This document shows positions 1 through 8,826 of a stretch of DNA of 32,000 nucleotides, piece by piece. The stretch spans positions 750,001-782,000 of the forward strand of contig OY969425.1 of assembly GCA_963699255.1 (NCBI GenBank), read 5' to 3'. The DNA is from an uncultured bacterium. Lineage in GTDB: Bacteria; Margulisbacteria; WOR-1; CAVSGV01. Both the position numbers and the translations under genes were made by a program. The notes beneath the pieces are model-generated. The model had not been told where the DNA came from and ran no database searches. It saw only the letters and a list, made by a program, of their open reading frames with translations. Every line of letters starts with the position of its first letter. Position 1 is the stretch's first letter.

Positions 1-3000
1 TACCCTCCCCTCAGATATATGCCGTCATAAAGAGTGATGGTCCCCGGTCCGTATCCATTCTGGTATAGATAGTAGATCCCCCGCCTCACACGTATCTCAT
101 CCCCGCTTGCCGCCGCCGCCTCAGCCAGATTGATCGTTCTAAATGGATCCCACTGGGTGCCGCTTCCCTGACCGGAAGCGGCCGCGTCTACATACCAGTA
201 TGGATATGAATCGTAGGGCCCATAGTCCGCGGTGCCGCTGGCAACACCATCATGGTTAAAGCTCTTAACATGCAAATACCATCCCTCACCGGTAGCCAGT
301 AAAGTTATGTTGCCGCTGCTCCATGTGCTCTCCCCGCCTCCCCAGGACTCGGTTGGGATCTGATCCCAGGTATACTTATAGTATTGAACCCCTCCCGCTC
401 CAAAGACAGCTTCATTAGTAAAATTAAAAGATGCCGTATTGTATGGGAGACGGGTTTTTTGATAGGCGACCTCGGGAGAAAGAGAGAGGGTATATTTTGA
501 ATAACTATTTGAAGGCGCCGAATCCCCGCCGTTGTTATAAGCATGGACATGCCGGGTATATTGGGTATTAGCGCTCAGTCCAGACTCCAGGCTTGCGGTA
601 ACATCAGCTCCTGTAAGTCCTTTCAAATTCTGACTGTCATCATTAAGGCAATATCCATCCTCCCCCGCCACATCGCTCCATGACCACAAGATGGAAGAAG
701 CGGATTCCACGGTGCCGATGAAGTTTGACGGCTGAGCAGGAGGACTGGCAGTTGCCTGCGAATACCCGGTGTAATGGTAACCCATGTCCACGATCCCGGT
801 ATCGCCGTGAATGCCATCCTGGTTGGTTCCATAGCCCTGCTGCCATCCCAGACCAAGAGCTGAAGCGTCGCCGGTCCCGCCATTGACGCAGGGCGAGTAA
901 TTATAAAGACGCACATTAGCGGGCGCGCCCACGAACTGCGGCTCCCCGCTGATATTCCCGGTCCCGGTGTAGCCGCCCTGGATACAGGAATAGGTAACAG
1001 TTGAACTGGATGAGGTTCTATTTGAGATGTTTCCTCCGGAAGCTTGATAATAAATGATACAGCTTTCGATGGTCGGGGCGGAAGAGGAATCGTTAAGTAT
1101 GGCGCCGCCGTTATGTGCGCTATTTGAATTAAAGGTGCAGTTTGAGATAGTTGGCGAGGATGAGACGTTATATATCCCGCCGCCGCCGTTATTGGAAAAA
1201 GATGATAAATTTGAAGTAAAGACGCAGTTTGAAATGGCTGGGGAGGAGGAGTCGTTAAGTATCCCGCCGCCGCTGCTTGCGCCATTTGAAGTAAAAGCGC
1301 AATTATTGATCGTTGGGAAGGAGTTGTAGTCAGATATCCCGCCGCCGCCCTGAACAGCTCCAACATTTGAAATAAAGGTGCAGTAATTGATCGTCGGTGA
1401 TGAGTTGTAGTTGGATATCCCGCCGCCATAATTATTTGCCTGATTTGAAGTAAAGACGCAATTTAATATGGTCGGGGAGGAACTCTCAAGAGAAAGACCC
1501 GCGCCATAGCCGGAGGTATAACCTTTTTTTATGGTGAGATCTTCAACGGTAGTAGCGGATGTAAGCCCGCTTCCGCTCATGCACCGGACGGTACCCTCTC
1601 CGGATATTATCGTCGCTGAGGCGTCAGTGGTTCGAACATCCCAATTGCTAAGGTCATAACCACCCATCAAATGGACGCCGCTTTTGAGAGTGATAGTGCC
1701 TGTGCCCGGAGCGTTCAGATGGTAGACTCCCTGCCTCACATGTATCTCTTCTGTGCCGGTGGCAGCCGCTTCGGCGCTGTTGATCGTTTTGAACGGATCA
1801 CCAATAGTCCCGCCTCCTGGACCGGTAACATTAGAATCAACATACAAGATGAGACCTGAAGGAGGCGCAGCAGCGCTTATGGTGAACACGCCGCTTTCCC
1901 CTGTCCCCAGGTTGTAATATGTATCCACCGCGTTCATCTTTATTTTGGCCGTGGTGGTAGGAACATCGGTGACTATCCAGGGATAGATCCCGTCATTATC
2001 TTCGGCGGCGGAAACGACATTGTAAGTCGTTCCCTCGTCCGTTGAGTAATAGATGCTGATGGGTTTTACGATAAATCCGTCAGCATCTGTCGATTCCCAT
2101 GTAATGTTGTGGGAGGTGCCCCCGCTCCAGACCGCACCTCCTGCGGGAGAATAAACTTCAACGGCGGGAGGTGTGTTATCGGGTACATTTTGTTCGGTGT
2201 TGGTGTATCCGGAATAATGGTAGCCCATGTTCACTCTGCCGTCATCGCCATAAATCAGCAGAGGATGGGTCCCGTATCCATTGTCATAGCCGAGCCCAAG
2301 GCCAACAGCGTCGCCGGTCCCGGTATTGACGCAGGGCGAGTTATTGTAAAGGTGCACATCGCCAGCCTGCGCATTTACGATCAGCGGATCACCATTGATA
2401 TTGCCGGTACCTGGATAAACCGTGTCCTGTTGAATGCAGGAGTAGGTTACGATCGGAGAAGAGCTGCTGTTTGTGATATTCCCTCCGGAATTCCCGTATA
2501 TAATCGAGTTCAAAATAGTTGGGGAGGAATTGTAGTTATATATCCCGCCGCCGTTGGTAGAGCTGTTTAATGTAAAGGTGCAGTTTGAAACAGTTGAGGT
2601 GGAGACATCTTCATTATATACCCCGCCGCCGTAACTATTTGCCACATTTGATATAAATGCGCAGTTTAAAATGGTCGGGGAGGCATAGGCCGAGTTTTCT
2701 ATTCCGCCACCTACTCCCGCATTATTTGAAGTAAAGGTACAATTTTTTATAATAGGGTCACAGGGTGTTGATGGAAAATTGCTTAAATTAGATATCCCTC
2801 CGCCGTACTGATACGCACTATTTGAAGTAAATACGCAGTTTAAAATAGTCGGGGAGGAACCATTGCTATTGTCGATTCCGCCGCCATCGCCACTATATGT
2901 GCTATTCGACTCAAAGGTGCAGTTTGAAATGAATGGAGAACAAGATGAGTTATTTTCTATCGCGCCGCCGCCGTTGTAAGAGCTATTTAATGAAAAGGTG

Positions 3001-5318
3001 CAGTTTGAAATGGTTGGATTGGAATTCTTAAGATCACAGATCCCGCCGCCGTTGCCATAATTCACATTATTTGAGGTGTTTGAAGTAAAGGTGCAGTTTA
3101 AAACTTCTGGAGAGGAGTGCATATTACATATCCCGCCGCCCTCGTAATGAGATGCGCTATTTGATGTAAAATCGCAGTTAGTAATGGTCGGTGAAGAGGC
3201 ATCGTTATACATCCCGCCGCCCTCGTAGGCGCTGTTTGACTCTAATAAGCAGTTCGAGATAGTTGGGGTGGAATTATTAGTAAGATAAAGCCCGCCGCCC
3301 TCGTCGCCGTTATAACCCTTTCGTATGGAAAAGTATTCAATGATAGTGTCGGAGCTAAGTCCGTTCCCATACAGGCACCGGACGCTGCTGCTCCCATCAA
3401 TTGTGGATATCCCGGTCTGATCAGTCCAGCTGTCGTCATAACCGCCCCTCAAATACACGCCGCTTTTGAGAGTAATGGTGCCTGTATGCGGAGCGGTAAG
3501 AGAATATACTCCCCGCTTCACATGTATCTCATCACCATTGTTCGCAGTAACAGCTGCCTCGGCGCTGTTTATGGTTTTAAACGGATCCAGCTGAGTTCCA
3601 ATCCCCGGAAAAGAAGCAGAAGAATCTACATACCAGATGGTGGGGACGACAGCCGCCTGTGAATACCCGGAGTAATGGTAGCCCATGTCCACACGCACGG
3701 AATCGCCGTGGATCCCGTCCGGGTTTGTCCCATAACCCTCTTCCGACCCCAGGCCAAGGTCAAAGGCCTCGCCTGTCCCGGAATCGATGCACTTTGATGC
3801 CGGGAAAAGATATACGTTTCCTTGCGGCCCGCTTGCGAACAGCGGTTCAGAACTGATATTGCCTGTCCCCTGGTAGCCTTTTTCAATACAGGAATAGGTA
3901 ACAGTTGGAGAAGAGCTGCTATCGTAGATGCTTCCTCCGGAATTCCCGTAAATGATCGAGTTGGAAATGGCCGGGGAGGATCCCGCGTTGAAGATCCCGC
4001 CGCCGCCAGCTTCTGCAGCATTTAAAGTTAAGGAGCAGTTTGAAATGGTTGGGGATGATGACCAGTTTGCCATCCCGCCGCCGTGGACTGCACTATTTAA
4101 AGTAAAAGCGCAGTTCTTAATGATGATTAAGGGGGCATCGAAGTTAGTGATCCCGCCGCCGTCATTTGAACAAGTATTTGAAGTAAAGACACAATTTGAA
4201 ATGGTTTCGGAGGAAGATCCAAGATTACAGATCCCCCCTCCGTAAGCATATGCACTATTTGACTCAAAGGTGCAGTTTGAAATAATCTCGGAAGTGGAAT
4301 TGTAGCTATAGACACCCCCGCCGCCGTAGTTGCTTGCGTTGTTTAAAGTAAATGCGCAGTTAGAAATGACCGCGGAGGAGTAGGATCCAAATATCCCGCC
4401 GCCGCTGCCTGCACTATTTGAAGTAAAGGTGCAGTTTGAAATGGTTGGGGAAGGGGCGTTTTCGTTACAGATACCCCCCCCGTAGATGTATGCACTATTT
4501 GACTCAAAGGTGCAGTTTGAAATAGCTGGGGAGGAATAATAGTTATTTATCCCGCCGCCGCTGCCTGCACTATTTGAAGTAAAGGTGCAATTTGAAATGG
4601 TTGGGGAAGACGAGGTGTTATCGATCCCGCTGCCGTTATTTAAAGTAAAGGTACAGTTTGTGATGGTTGGAGAGGATTGGGTATTATATATTCCGCCATA
4701 GTAGTTATTTGAAAAGATGCAATTTGAAATGGTCGGGGAGGAGGCGTCTGAGTTCCGCATCCCGTAGCTGGTATAAGTAAAGGTACAGTTTGTAATGGTC
4801 GGGGAGGAAGTAGAGTCCCATATCCCGCCGCCTTCACTTGAAGTAAAGGTACAGTTTGTAATGGTCGGGGAGGAACTGTCGAGATAAATCCCGCCGCCAA
4901 AGTCGGTGCCGTTATAACCATTCTGTAAGGTGAAATATTCAATGGTAGTGGCGGAGCTGAGGTCGGATCCGGACATGCACCCGACGCTGTCCTCTCCAGA
5001 TATTATGGTGGTTGAGGCATTACCGGTTTGAGCCCAGCCATTGTCATAACCGCCCCTCAAATAGACGCCGCTTTCGAGAGTGATTGTGCCTGTGTGCGGA
5101 GCAGTCAGAGAATAGACCCCCTGCTTCACCCATATCTGATCGCCGGAGTGAGCTTTCGCTTCAGCTGAGTTGATGGTTTTAAACGGATAGTTCATTGTAC
5201 CGATAGCGCCAGCTTCAGGAGATGACCAATCAACATAATAAATAGCAGCATGAGCCGAAGATGTTAACATAAGGAATATGAAGCAGGAGATAAGAAATAG
5301 CAAACCGGATTTTTTCAT
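1..5318 (-). CDS. Giant secreted multi-module parallel beta-helix (PbH1-type) repeat protein. The N-terminal 1,772 codons are in the window. The C-terminus lies beyond the window start.
   Basis: Absent from the ORF track because there is no stop codon in the window. The minus-strand frame whose codons sit on plus coordinates 3k..3k+2 is open from ATG (5318-5316) to base 3. I checked the frame by hand at 5318, 3624-3644, 1830-1859, 601-660 and 3-59. The track lists no ORF in this frame across 5.3 kb, which a stop codon would have produced. The protein starts MKKSGLLFLISCFIFLMLTSSAHA/AIYYVDW, a Sec signal. It has dozens of SPTI(S/T)NCTF-x-N-x-A-x-GGGI coils. The cap motif DPFKTINSAEAA..GDEI.V..GVY occurs four times. 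Confidence 0.85.
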   Translation of the reverse strand, partial: MKKSGLLFLISCFIFLMLTSSAHAAIYYVDWSSPEAGAIGTMNYPFKTINSAEAKAHSGDQIWVKQGVYSLTAPHTGTITLESGVYLRGGYDNGWAQTGNASTTIISGEDSVGCMSGSDLSSATTIEYFTLQNGYNGTDFGGGIYLDSSSPTITNCTFTSSEGGGIWDSTSSPTITNCTFTYTSYGMRNSDASSPTISNCIFSNNYYGGIYNTQSSPTITNCTFTLNNGSGIDNTSSSPTISNCTFTSNSAGSGGGINNYYSSPAISNCTFESNSAYIYGGGICNENAPSPTISNCTFTSNSAGSGGGIFGSYSSAVISNCAFTLNNASNYGGGGVYSYNSTSEIISNCTFESNSAYAYGGGICNLGSSSETISNCVFTSNTCSNDGGGITNFDAPLIIIKNCAFTLNSAVHGGGMANWSSSPTISNCSLTLNAAEAGGGGIFNAGSSPAISNSIIYGNSGGSIYDSSSSPTVTYSCIEKGYQGTGNISSEPLFASGPQGNVYLFPASKCIDSGTGEAFDLGLGSEEGYGTNPDGIHGDSVRVDMGYHYSGYSQAAVVPTIWYVDSSASFPGIGTQLDPFKTINSAEAAVTANNGDEIHVKRGVYSLTAPHTGTITLKSGVYLRGGYDDSWTDQTGISTIDGSSSVRCLYGNGLSSDTIIEYFSIRKGYNGDEGGGLYLTNNSTPTISNCLLESNSAYEGGGMYNDASSPTITNCDFTSNSASHYEGGGICNMHSSPEVLNCTFTSNTSNNVNYGNGGGICDLKNSNPTISNCTFSLNSSYNGGGAIENNSSCSPFISNCTFESNSTYSGDGGGIDNSNGSSPTILNCVFTSNSAYQYGGGISNLSNFPSTPCDPIIKNCTFTSNNAGVGGGIENSAYASPTILNCAFISNVANSYGGGVYNEDVSTSTVSNCTFTLNSSTNGGGIYNYNSSPTILNSIIYGNSGGNITNSSSSPIVTYSCIQQDTVYPGTGNINGDPLIVNAQAGDVHLYNNSPCVNTGTGDAVGLGLGYDNGYGTHPLLIYGDDGRVNMGYHYSGYTNTEQNVPDNTPPAVEVYSPAGGAVWSGGTSHNITWESTDADGFIVKPISIYYSTDEGTTYNVVSAAEDNDGIYPWIVTDVPTTTAKIKMNAVDTYYNLGTGESGVFTISAAAPPSGLILYVDSNVTGPGGGTIGDPFKTINSAEAAATGTEEIHVRQGVYHLNAPGTGTITLKSGVHLMGGYDLSNWDVRTTDASATIISGEGTVRCMSGSGLTSATTVEDLTIKKGYTSGYGAGLSLESSSPTILNCVFTSNQANNYGGGISNYNSSPTINYCTFISNVGAVQGGGGISDYNSFPTINNCAFTSNGASSGGGILNDSSSPAISNCVFTSNLSSFSNNGGGGIYNVSSSPTISNCTFNSNSAHNGGAILNDSSSAPTIESCIIYYQASGGNISNRTSSSSTVTYSCIQGGYTGTGNISGEPQFVGAPANVRLYNYSPCVNGGTGDASALGLGWQQGYGTNQDGIHGDTGIVDMGYHYTGYSQATASPPAQPSNFIGTVESASSILWSWSDVAGEDGYCLNDDSQNLKGLTGADVTASLESGLSANTQYTRHVHAYNNGGDSAPSNSYSKYTLSLSPEVAYQKTRLPYNTASFNFTNEAVFGAGGVQYYKYTWDQIPTESWGGGESTWSSGNITLLATGEGWYLHVKSFNHDGVASGTADYGPYDSYPYWYVDAAASGQGSGTQWDPFRTINLAEAAAASGDEIRVRRGIYYLYQNGYGPGTITLYDGIYLRGG
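4249..4524 (-). repeat. Intragenic exact 36-nt duplicate pair (4249-4284 and 4489-4524)
   Basis: tatgcactatttgactcaaaggtgcagtttgaaata occurs twice with an offset of 240 nt (80 codons, three coils). Confidence 0.9.
4392..4609 (-). repeat. Intragenic near-identical 62-nt duplicate pair (4392-4453 and 4548-4609) inside the beta-helix gene
   Basis: tatcccgccgccgctgcctgcactatttgaagtaaaggtgca[g/a]tttgaaatggttggggaag occurs twice, 61/62 identical. The offset is 156 nt, which is 52 codons or two coils. Confidence 0.9.
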
Positions 5319-5481
5319 AGATAGCCGCCCCAGCTTATATGAAAAAGTTGTGTCCAAGAAGCCTTGGCTTTCCTAGGCATTAGGGCATTATTTTAGCATA
5401 AAGGAACGGAAAAATAAAGCCAAAATTCGATCCCCTCCCCCTATTAATTTCCCGCTCGGGTACCTCCTCCGCCGGTGCGGA

Positions 5482-5510
5482 TTGACATAATTTTCATGCG
5501 ATGATAGAAT
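5482..5510 (+). promoter_or_regulatory. Sigma70-type promoter of the hrcA/dnaK operon
   Basis: TTGACA (5482-5487), a 17-nt spacer, then TAGAAT (5505-5510). It lies immediately upstream of and abuts the CIRCE operator. Confidence 0.7.
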
Positions 5511-5536
5511 TAGCACTCGCTTTATTGGAGTGCTAA
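5510..5536 (+). promoter_or_regulatory. CIRCE operator (HrcA binding site)
   Basis: TTAGCACTC-gctttattg-GAGTGCTAA is a perfect match to the TTAGCACTC-N9-GAGTGCTAA consensus. It ends 1 nt before the hrcA ATG. Confidence 0.95.
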
Positions 5537-5537
5537 C

Positions 5538-6278
5538 ATGAAAACATTGAACGCAAGAAAGCAAAAAATACTCGAGGCCGTGGTGAACGACTACCTCCAC
5601 CGCGCCGAGCCGGTCAGCTCGGACACGATACGCAAGAAATACATGCGCGACATCTCGCCTGCCACCATAAGGAACGAAATGGCAGAGCTGGAGGAAGAAG
5701 GGTTCCTGCAGCACCCGCACACCTCCTCCGGAAGGGTCCCCTCGGACCTCGGTTACAGATACTTTGTGAACCAGCTGATGAAGCTAAGGGGTTTGACGCA
5801 AAAAGAGATAGAATTCATAGAGAGAGAATACAGGAGATCCGGAAATAACCTTGAAGAGCTTCTTCACGCGACCCTAAAGATATCGGCCGCCCTCTCGCAC
5901 CTTCTGGCCGTAATAACGGCCCCGGATCTCCCTTTCAAGGTCTTCTCAAGCGGGTTGACAAATATAATGGACCAGCCGGAATTCAGCGACTCTGAACACA
6001 TAAAGAACATATTGAGCGTCATTGAGCACGAGGACGTTATAGAGCATATTATAGGCGAGAGCGCGAAAAATGACGCCGTCACGATAAGGATCGGCTCTGA
6101 GATCAAGCACAAAAAAATAAGGGACTGCAGCATTGTTGTTTCAAAATATGATATCTTTGGCGGATCCGTGGGAACAATAAGCATAATCGGGCCCACGCGC
6201 ATGACGTACAGCAAAGTAACGTCCATTGTTGATACTGTCTCAAAAACACTAAGGAATATCTTAACAGAGAAGAGCTAG
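5538..6278 (+). CDS. hrcA: Heat-inducible transcription repressor HrcA (short form, 246 aa)
   Basis: N-terminal wHTH-like ILEAVVNDYLHRAEPVSSDTI, then HPHTSSGRVPSDLGYRYFV, and a C-terminal IIGPTRMTYSKV motif. CIRCE lies directly upstream and grpE-dnaK-dnaJ downstream. Confidence 0.9.
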   Translation: MKTLNARKQKILEAVVNDYLHRAEPVSSDTIRKKYMRDISPATIRNEMAELEEEGFLQHPHTSSGRVPSDLGYRYFVNQLMKLRGLTQKEIEFIEREYRRSGNNLEELLHATLKISAALSHLLAVITAPDLPFKVFSSGLTNIMDQPEFSDSEHIKNILSVIEHEDVIEHIIGESAKNDAVTIRIGSEIKHKKIRDCSIVVSKYDIFGGSVGTISIIGPTRMTYSKVTSIVDTVSKTLRNILTEKS

Positions 6279-6322
6279 AAGAGCTAAACGTTAAGAGGCA
6301 TAGAGGAAAAGAGGCCTAAGAA
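6265..6322 (+). repeat. AG-rich low-complexity element in the hrcA 3' end and hrcA-grpE spacer. It is an inverted copy of the CT-rich element inside mtaB.
   Basis: agagctagaagagcta (6271-6286) is the exact reverse complement of 11043-11058. gttaagagg (6290-6298) is the exact reverse complement of 11014-11022. The two matches are colinear. Confidence 0.8.
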
Positions 6323-6847
6323 GTGAAAAAAGAAGTGTCGAAAAAAAAGACAGGGGAACTTCCAGCTGAACAACCGGAGACTAATCCGCTCAGCGAACAG
6401 CTCGCGGAAAAAGACCGGTCGATAGAGGAGCTGAAAAATAAATATCTCCGCGCTCTGGCCGATCTCGATAACTACAGGAAACGGGCGAACCTGGAAAAGG
6501 ACGAGCTTGCAAAATACTCGAACGAACTTCTTGTAAAAGAGCTTCTTCCCGCGGTTGACGGCTTCGCGAGAGCCCTGGATTTCGCGAAAAAAACGAACAG
6601 CGATGACCTTATTAAAGGGCTCGCTCTTATAAAAAAACAGGTGAAGGACGCTCTAATGAAATTCGGCGTTAGAGAGATCGGATCCGTCGGAAAGCCCTAT
6701 GACGCGAACCTTCACGAAGCTATTTTAATGAAAGAATTTGAGGGTGAGCCAGGGATAGTTCTGGAGGAGATACAGAAAGGTTATACGATGCATGACAGGT
6801 TAATAAGGCCGGCAATGGTAATAGTATCGAAACAGAAAGAGATGTGA
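6323..6847 (+). CDS. grpE: Nucleotide exchange factor GrpE (GTG start)
   Basis: KNKYLRALADLDNYRKRANLEKDE coiled-coil region and C-terminal GYTMHDRLIRPAMVIVSK. The gene sits between hrcA and dnaK. Confidence 0.92.
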   Translation: MKKEVSKKKTGELPAEQPETNPLSEQLAEKDRSIEELKNKYLRALADLDNYRKRANLEKDELAKYSNELLVKELLPAVDGFARALDFAKKTNSDDLIKGLALIKKQVKDALMKFGVREIGSVGKPYDANLHEAILMKEFEGEPGIVLEEIQKGYTMHDRLIRPAMVIVSKQKEM

Positions 6848-6902
6848 GACGGAAAGAATGAGATGCAAAAAATCACATCTCGCATCTCACGTCTCTCATC
6901 TC
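6839..6902 (+). promoter_or_regulatory. Long imperfect RNA/DNA hairpin spanning the grpE stop codon, between grpE and dnaK
   Basis: The outer stem pairs 6839-6851 (gagatgtgagacg) with 6890-6902 (cgtctctcatctc), 13 bp with 1 mismatch. The inner stem pairs 6859-6866 (tgagatgc) with 6882-6889 (gcatctca), 8/8. An alternative perfect 9-bp pairing joins 6839-6847 to 6873-6881 (tcacatctc). Confidence 0.6.
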
Positions 6903-6930
6903 CCGTATTAATTTTAAAGGAGGACAAAAA

Positions 6931-8823
6931 ATGAGCAAGATTATCGGTATCGATCTTGGCACAACGAACAGCTGTGTCGCTGTGATGACGGGAGGAGAAC
7001 CTGTCGTTATACAGAATTCCGAGGGCGGGCGCACCACGCCGTCGATCGTGTCTTTCCTGAAGGACGGTTCCCGCGTCGTGGGGCAGGTCGCGAAAAGACA
7101 GGCGATCACAAACCCCGAGAACACCGTGTTCTCGATCAAAAGGTTCATGGGCAGGAAATACAGCGAGGTCGGGTCCGAGCTGAAGCTCGTGCCCTATCAT
7201 GTGATAGAAGGGAGCAAGGGGGACGCGAAAGTAAAGATCGAGGGCAAGGAATTCACGCCGCCTGAGATATCCGCGATGATACTCCAGAAAATGAAACAGT
7301 CGGCGGAAGACTATCTCGGGGAAAAAGTCACCAAAGCGGTCATCACGGTCCCCGCGTATTTCAACGACAGCCAGAGGCAGGCGACGAAAGACGCCGGACA
7401 GATAGCGGGGCTTGAGGTGATGAGAATAATCAACGAACCCACGGCCGCGTCGCTCGCTTACGGGCTTGATAAAAAGAAGAACGAGAAAATAGCGGTGTTC
7501 GACCTGGGCGGAGGGACCTTTGACATTTCGATACTTGAGATAGGCGAAGGTGTTTTCGAGGTCAAATCGACCAACGGCGACACCCACCTGGGCGGGGACG
7601 ATTACGACCAGAAGGTGATCGATTGGCTGGTCGCGGAATTTAAAAAGGAGCAGGGAATAGACCTGTCCAAGGACAGGAGTACGATCCAGAGGCTGAAGGA
7701 ATCTTCTGAGAAAGCGAAAATAGAACTCTCGACCGTCGCCGAAACGGAGATAAATCTTCCTTTCATAACGGCTGACGCATCAGGGCCTAAGCATCTCCTG
7801 ATAAAACTTTCCAGGGCAAAGCTTGAACAGCTCGTTTCGACTCTTAACGACAGGCTGACAGGCCCCTGCCAGAAAGCGCTTGCCGACGCTGGGCTTTCGG
7901 CTAACGAGATCAATGAAGTGGTCCTTGTGGGAGGAATGACAAGGATGCCAAAGGTCATTGAGATAGCAAGGAACATTTTCGGAAGGGAACCTCATAAAGG
8001 AGTGAATCCCGATGAAGTTGTGGCGATCGGAGCCGCGATACAGGGAGGCGTGCTCGCGGGAGATGTGAAAGATCTTGTTCTCCTGGATGTTACGCCGCTG
8101 ACCCTGGGAATAGAAACGCTGGGCAGCGTCATGACGCCTTTAATAGAGCGGAACACAACGATACCGACATCGAAGTCGCAGGTGTTCTCGACGGCGGGCG
8201 ACGGCCAGACGTCCGTTGAGATACATGTCCTTCAAGGAGAGCGCCCCATGGCCTCTGACAACAGGACGCTCGGAAAATTCCACCTGGACGGCATACCGCC
8301 GGCGCCGAGAGGCGTCCCGCAGATAGAGGTCATTTTCGATATTGACGCCAACGGGATCCTTAATGTTTCGGCAAAAGACAAGGGGACAGGCAAACAGCAA
8401 AAGATAACGATCACCGCTTCATCCGGCCTTACAAAGGACGACATAGACAAGATGAAGAAAGAAGCGTCGTCACATGAAGCGGAAGACAAAAAGAAAAAAG
8501 AAGAGATAGAACTGAGGAACCAGGCGGATACGCTCGCCTACACTGCGGAAAAGACCGTGAAGGAAGCCGGCGACAAAGTATCAAAGGACAAGAAGGAAAA
8601 AGTCGAGCAGTCGATCAAGGAAACAAGGGACGCGCTGGCCGGGACCGATATTAACAAGGTCAAGTCCGCGTTCGAAAAGCTGCAAAAAGACATCTATGAA
8701 GTGTCGGCGGAAATATATAAAGAAAAAGGCGGGACAGACGGCGGAGCAAAAGGCGGAACAGAGGGCAATGCGGAAGAAAATAAAGAAAAGACGATGGACG
8801 CGGAATATAAAGAAAAAGAATAA
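6931..8823 (+). CDS. dnaK: Molecular chaperone DnaK (Hsp70)
   Basis: [25 protein letters not shown] and [10 protein letters not shown] motifs, 630 aa. AAGGAGG Shine-Dalgarno at 6917-6923. Confidence 0.98.
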   Translation: MSKIIGIDLGTTNSCVAVMTGGEPVVIQNSEGGRTTPSIVSFLKDGSRVVGQVAKRQAITNPENTVFSIKRFMGRKYSEVGSELKLVPYHVIEGSKGDAKVKIEGKEFTPPEISAMILQKMKQSAEDYLGEKVTKAVITVPAYFNDSQRQATKDAGQIAGLEVMRIINEPTAASLAYGLDKKKNEKIAVFDLGGGTFDISILEIGEGVFEVKSTNGDTHLGGDDYDQKVIDWLVAEFKKEQGIDLSKDRSTIQRLKESSEKAKIELSTVAETEINLPFITADASGPKHLLIKLSRAKLEQLVSTLNDRLTGPCQKALADAGLSANEINEVVLVGGMTRMPKVIEIARNIFGREPHKGVNPDEVVAIGAAIQGGVLAGDVKDLVLLDVTPLTLGIETLGSVMTPLIERNTTIPTSKSQVFSTAGDGQTSVEIHVLQGERPMASDNRTLGKFHLDGIPPAPRGVPQIEVIFDIDANGILNVSAKDKGTGKQQKITITASSGLTKDDIDKMKKEASSHEAEDKKKKEEIELRNQADTLAYTAEKTVKEAGDKVSKDKKEKVEQSIKETRDALAGTDINKVKSAFEKLQKDIYEVSAEIYKEKGGTDGGAKGGTEGNAEENKEKTMDAEYKEKE

Positions 8824-8826
8824 CTA

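Noticed and set aside
305-4942. Track ORFs inside the first 5.3 kb. On the minus strand these are 305-550, 623-1429, 643-846, 3242-3439, 3626-4021, 4127-4315 and 4640-4942. On the plus strand they are 1054-1329, 1671-1859, 2109-2570, 3659-3856, 3822-4025 and 3952-4245.
   Set aside because: All are out-of-frame or antisense read-outs of the giant beta-helix gene. Their periodic PPPP/FE(V/M)K or AAGY..TT patterns are the repeat seen in the wrong frame. The true frame has a signal peptide and coherent domain motifs throughout.
1-5318. Whether the regular repeats could be a CRISPR array or a non-coding satellite
   Set aside because: The repeat period (about 69-81 nt) is codon-compatible and lies in one open frame. 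There is no constant-repeat/variable-spacer pattern. Conservation is at the amino-acid motif level, and no cas genes are present in the window.
6781-7587. A 268-aa ORF antisense to dnaK, with further antisense ORFs at 6873-7148, 7602-7976, 7780-7995, 8140-8400, 8232-8489 and 8660-8899
   Set aside because: It lies opposite a highly conserved DnaK frame. Long antisense ORFs in hsp70 genes are a known compositional by-product. The product is R/H/F-rich and low-complexity with no start context.
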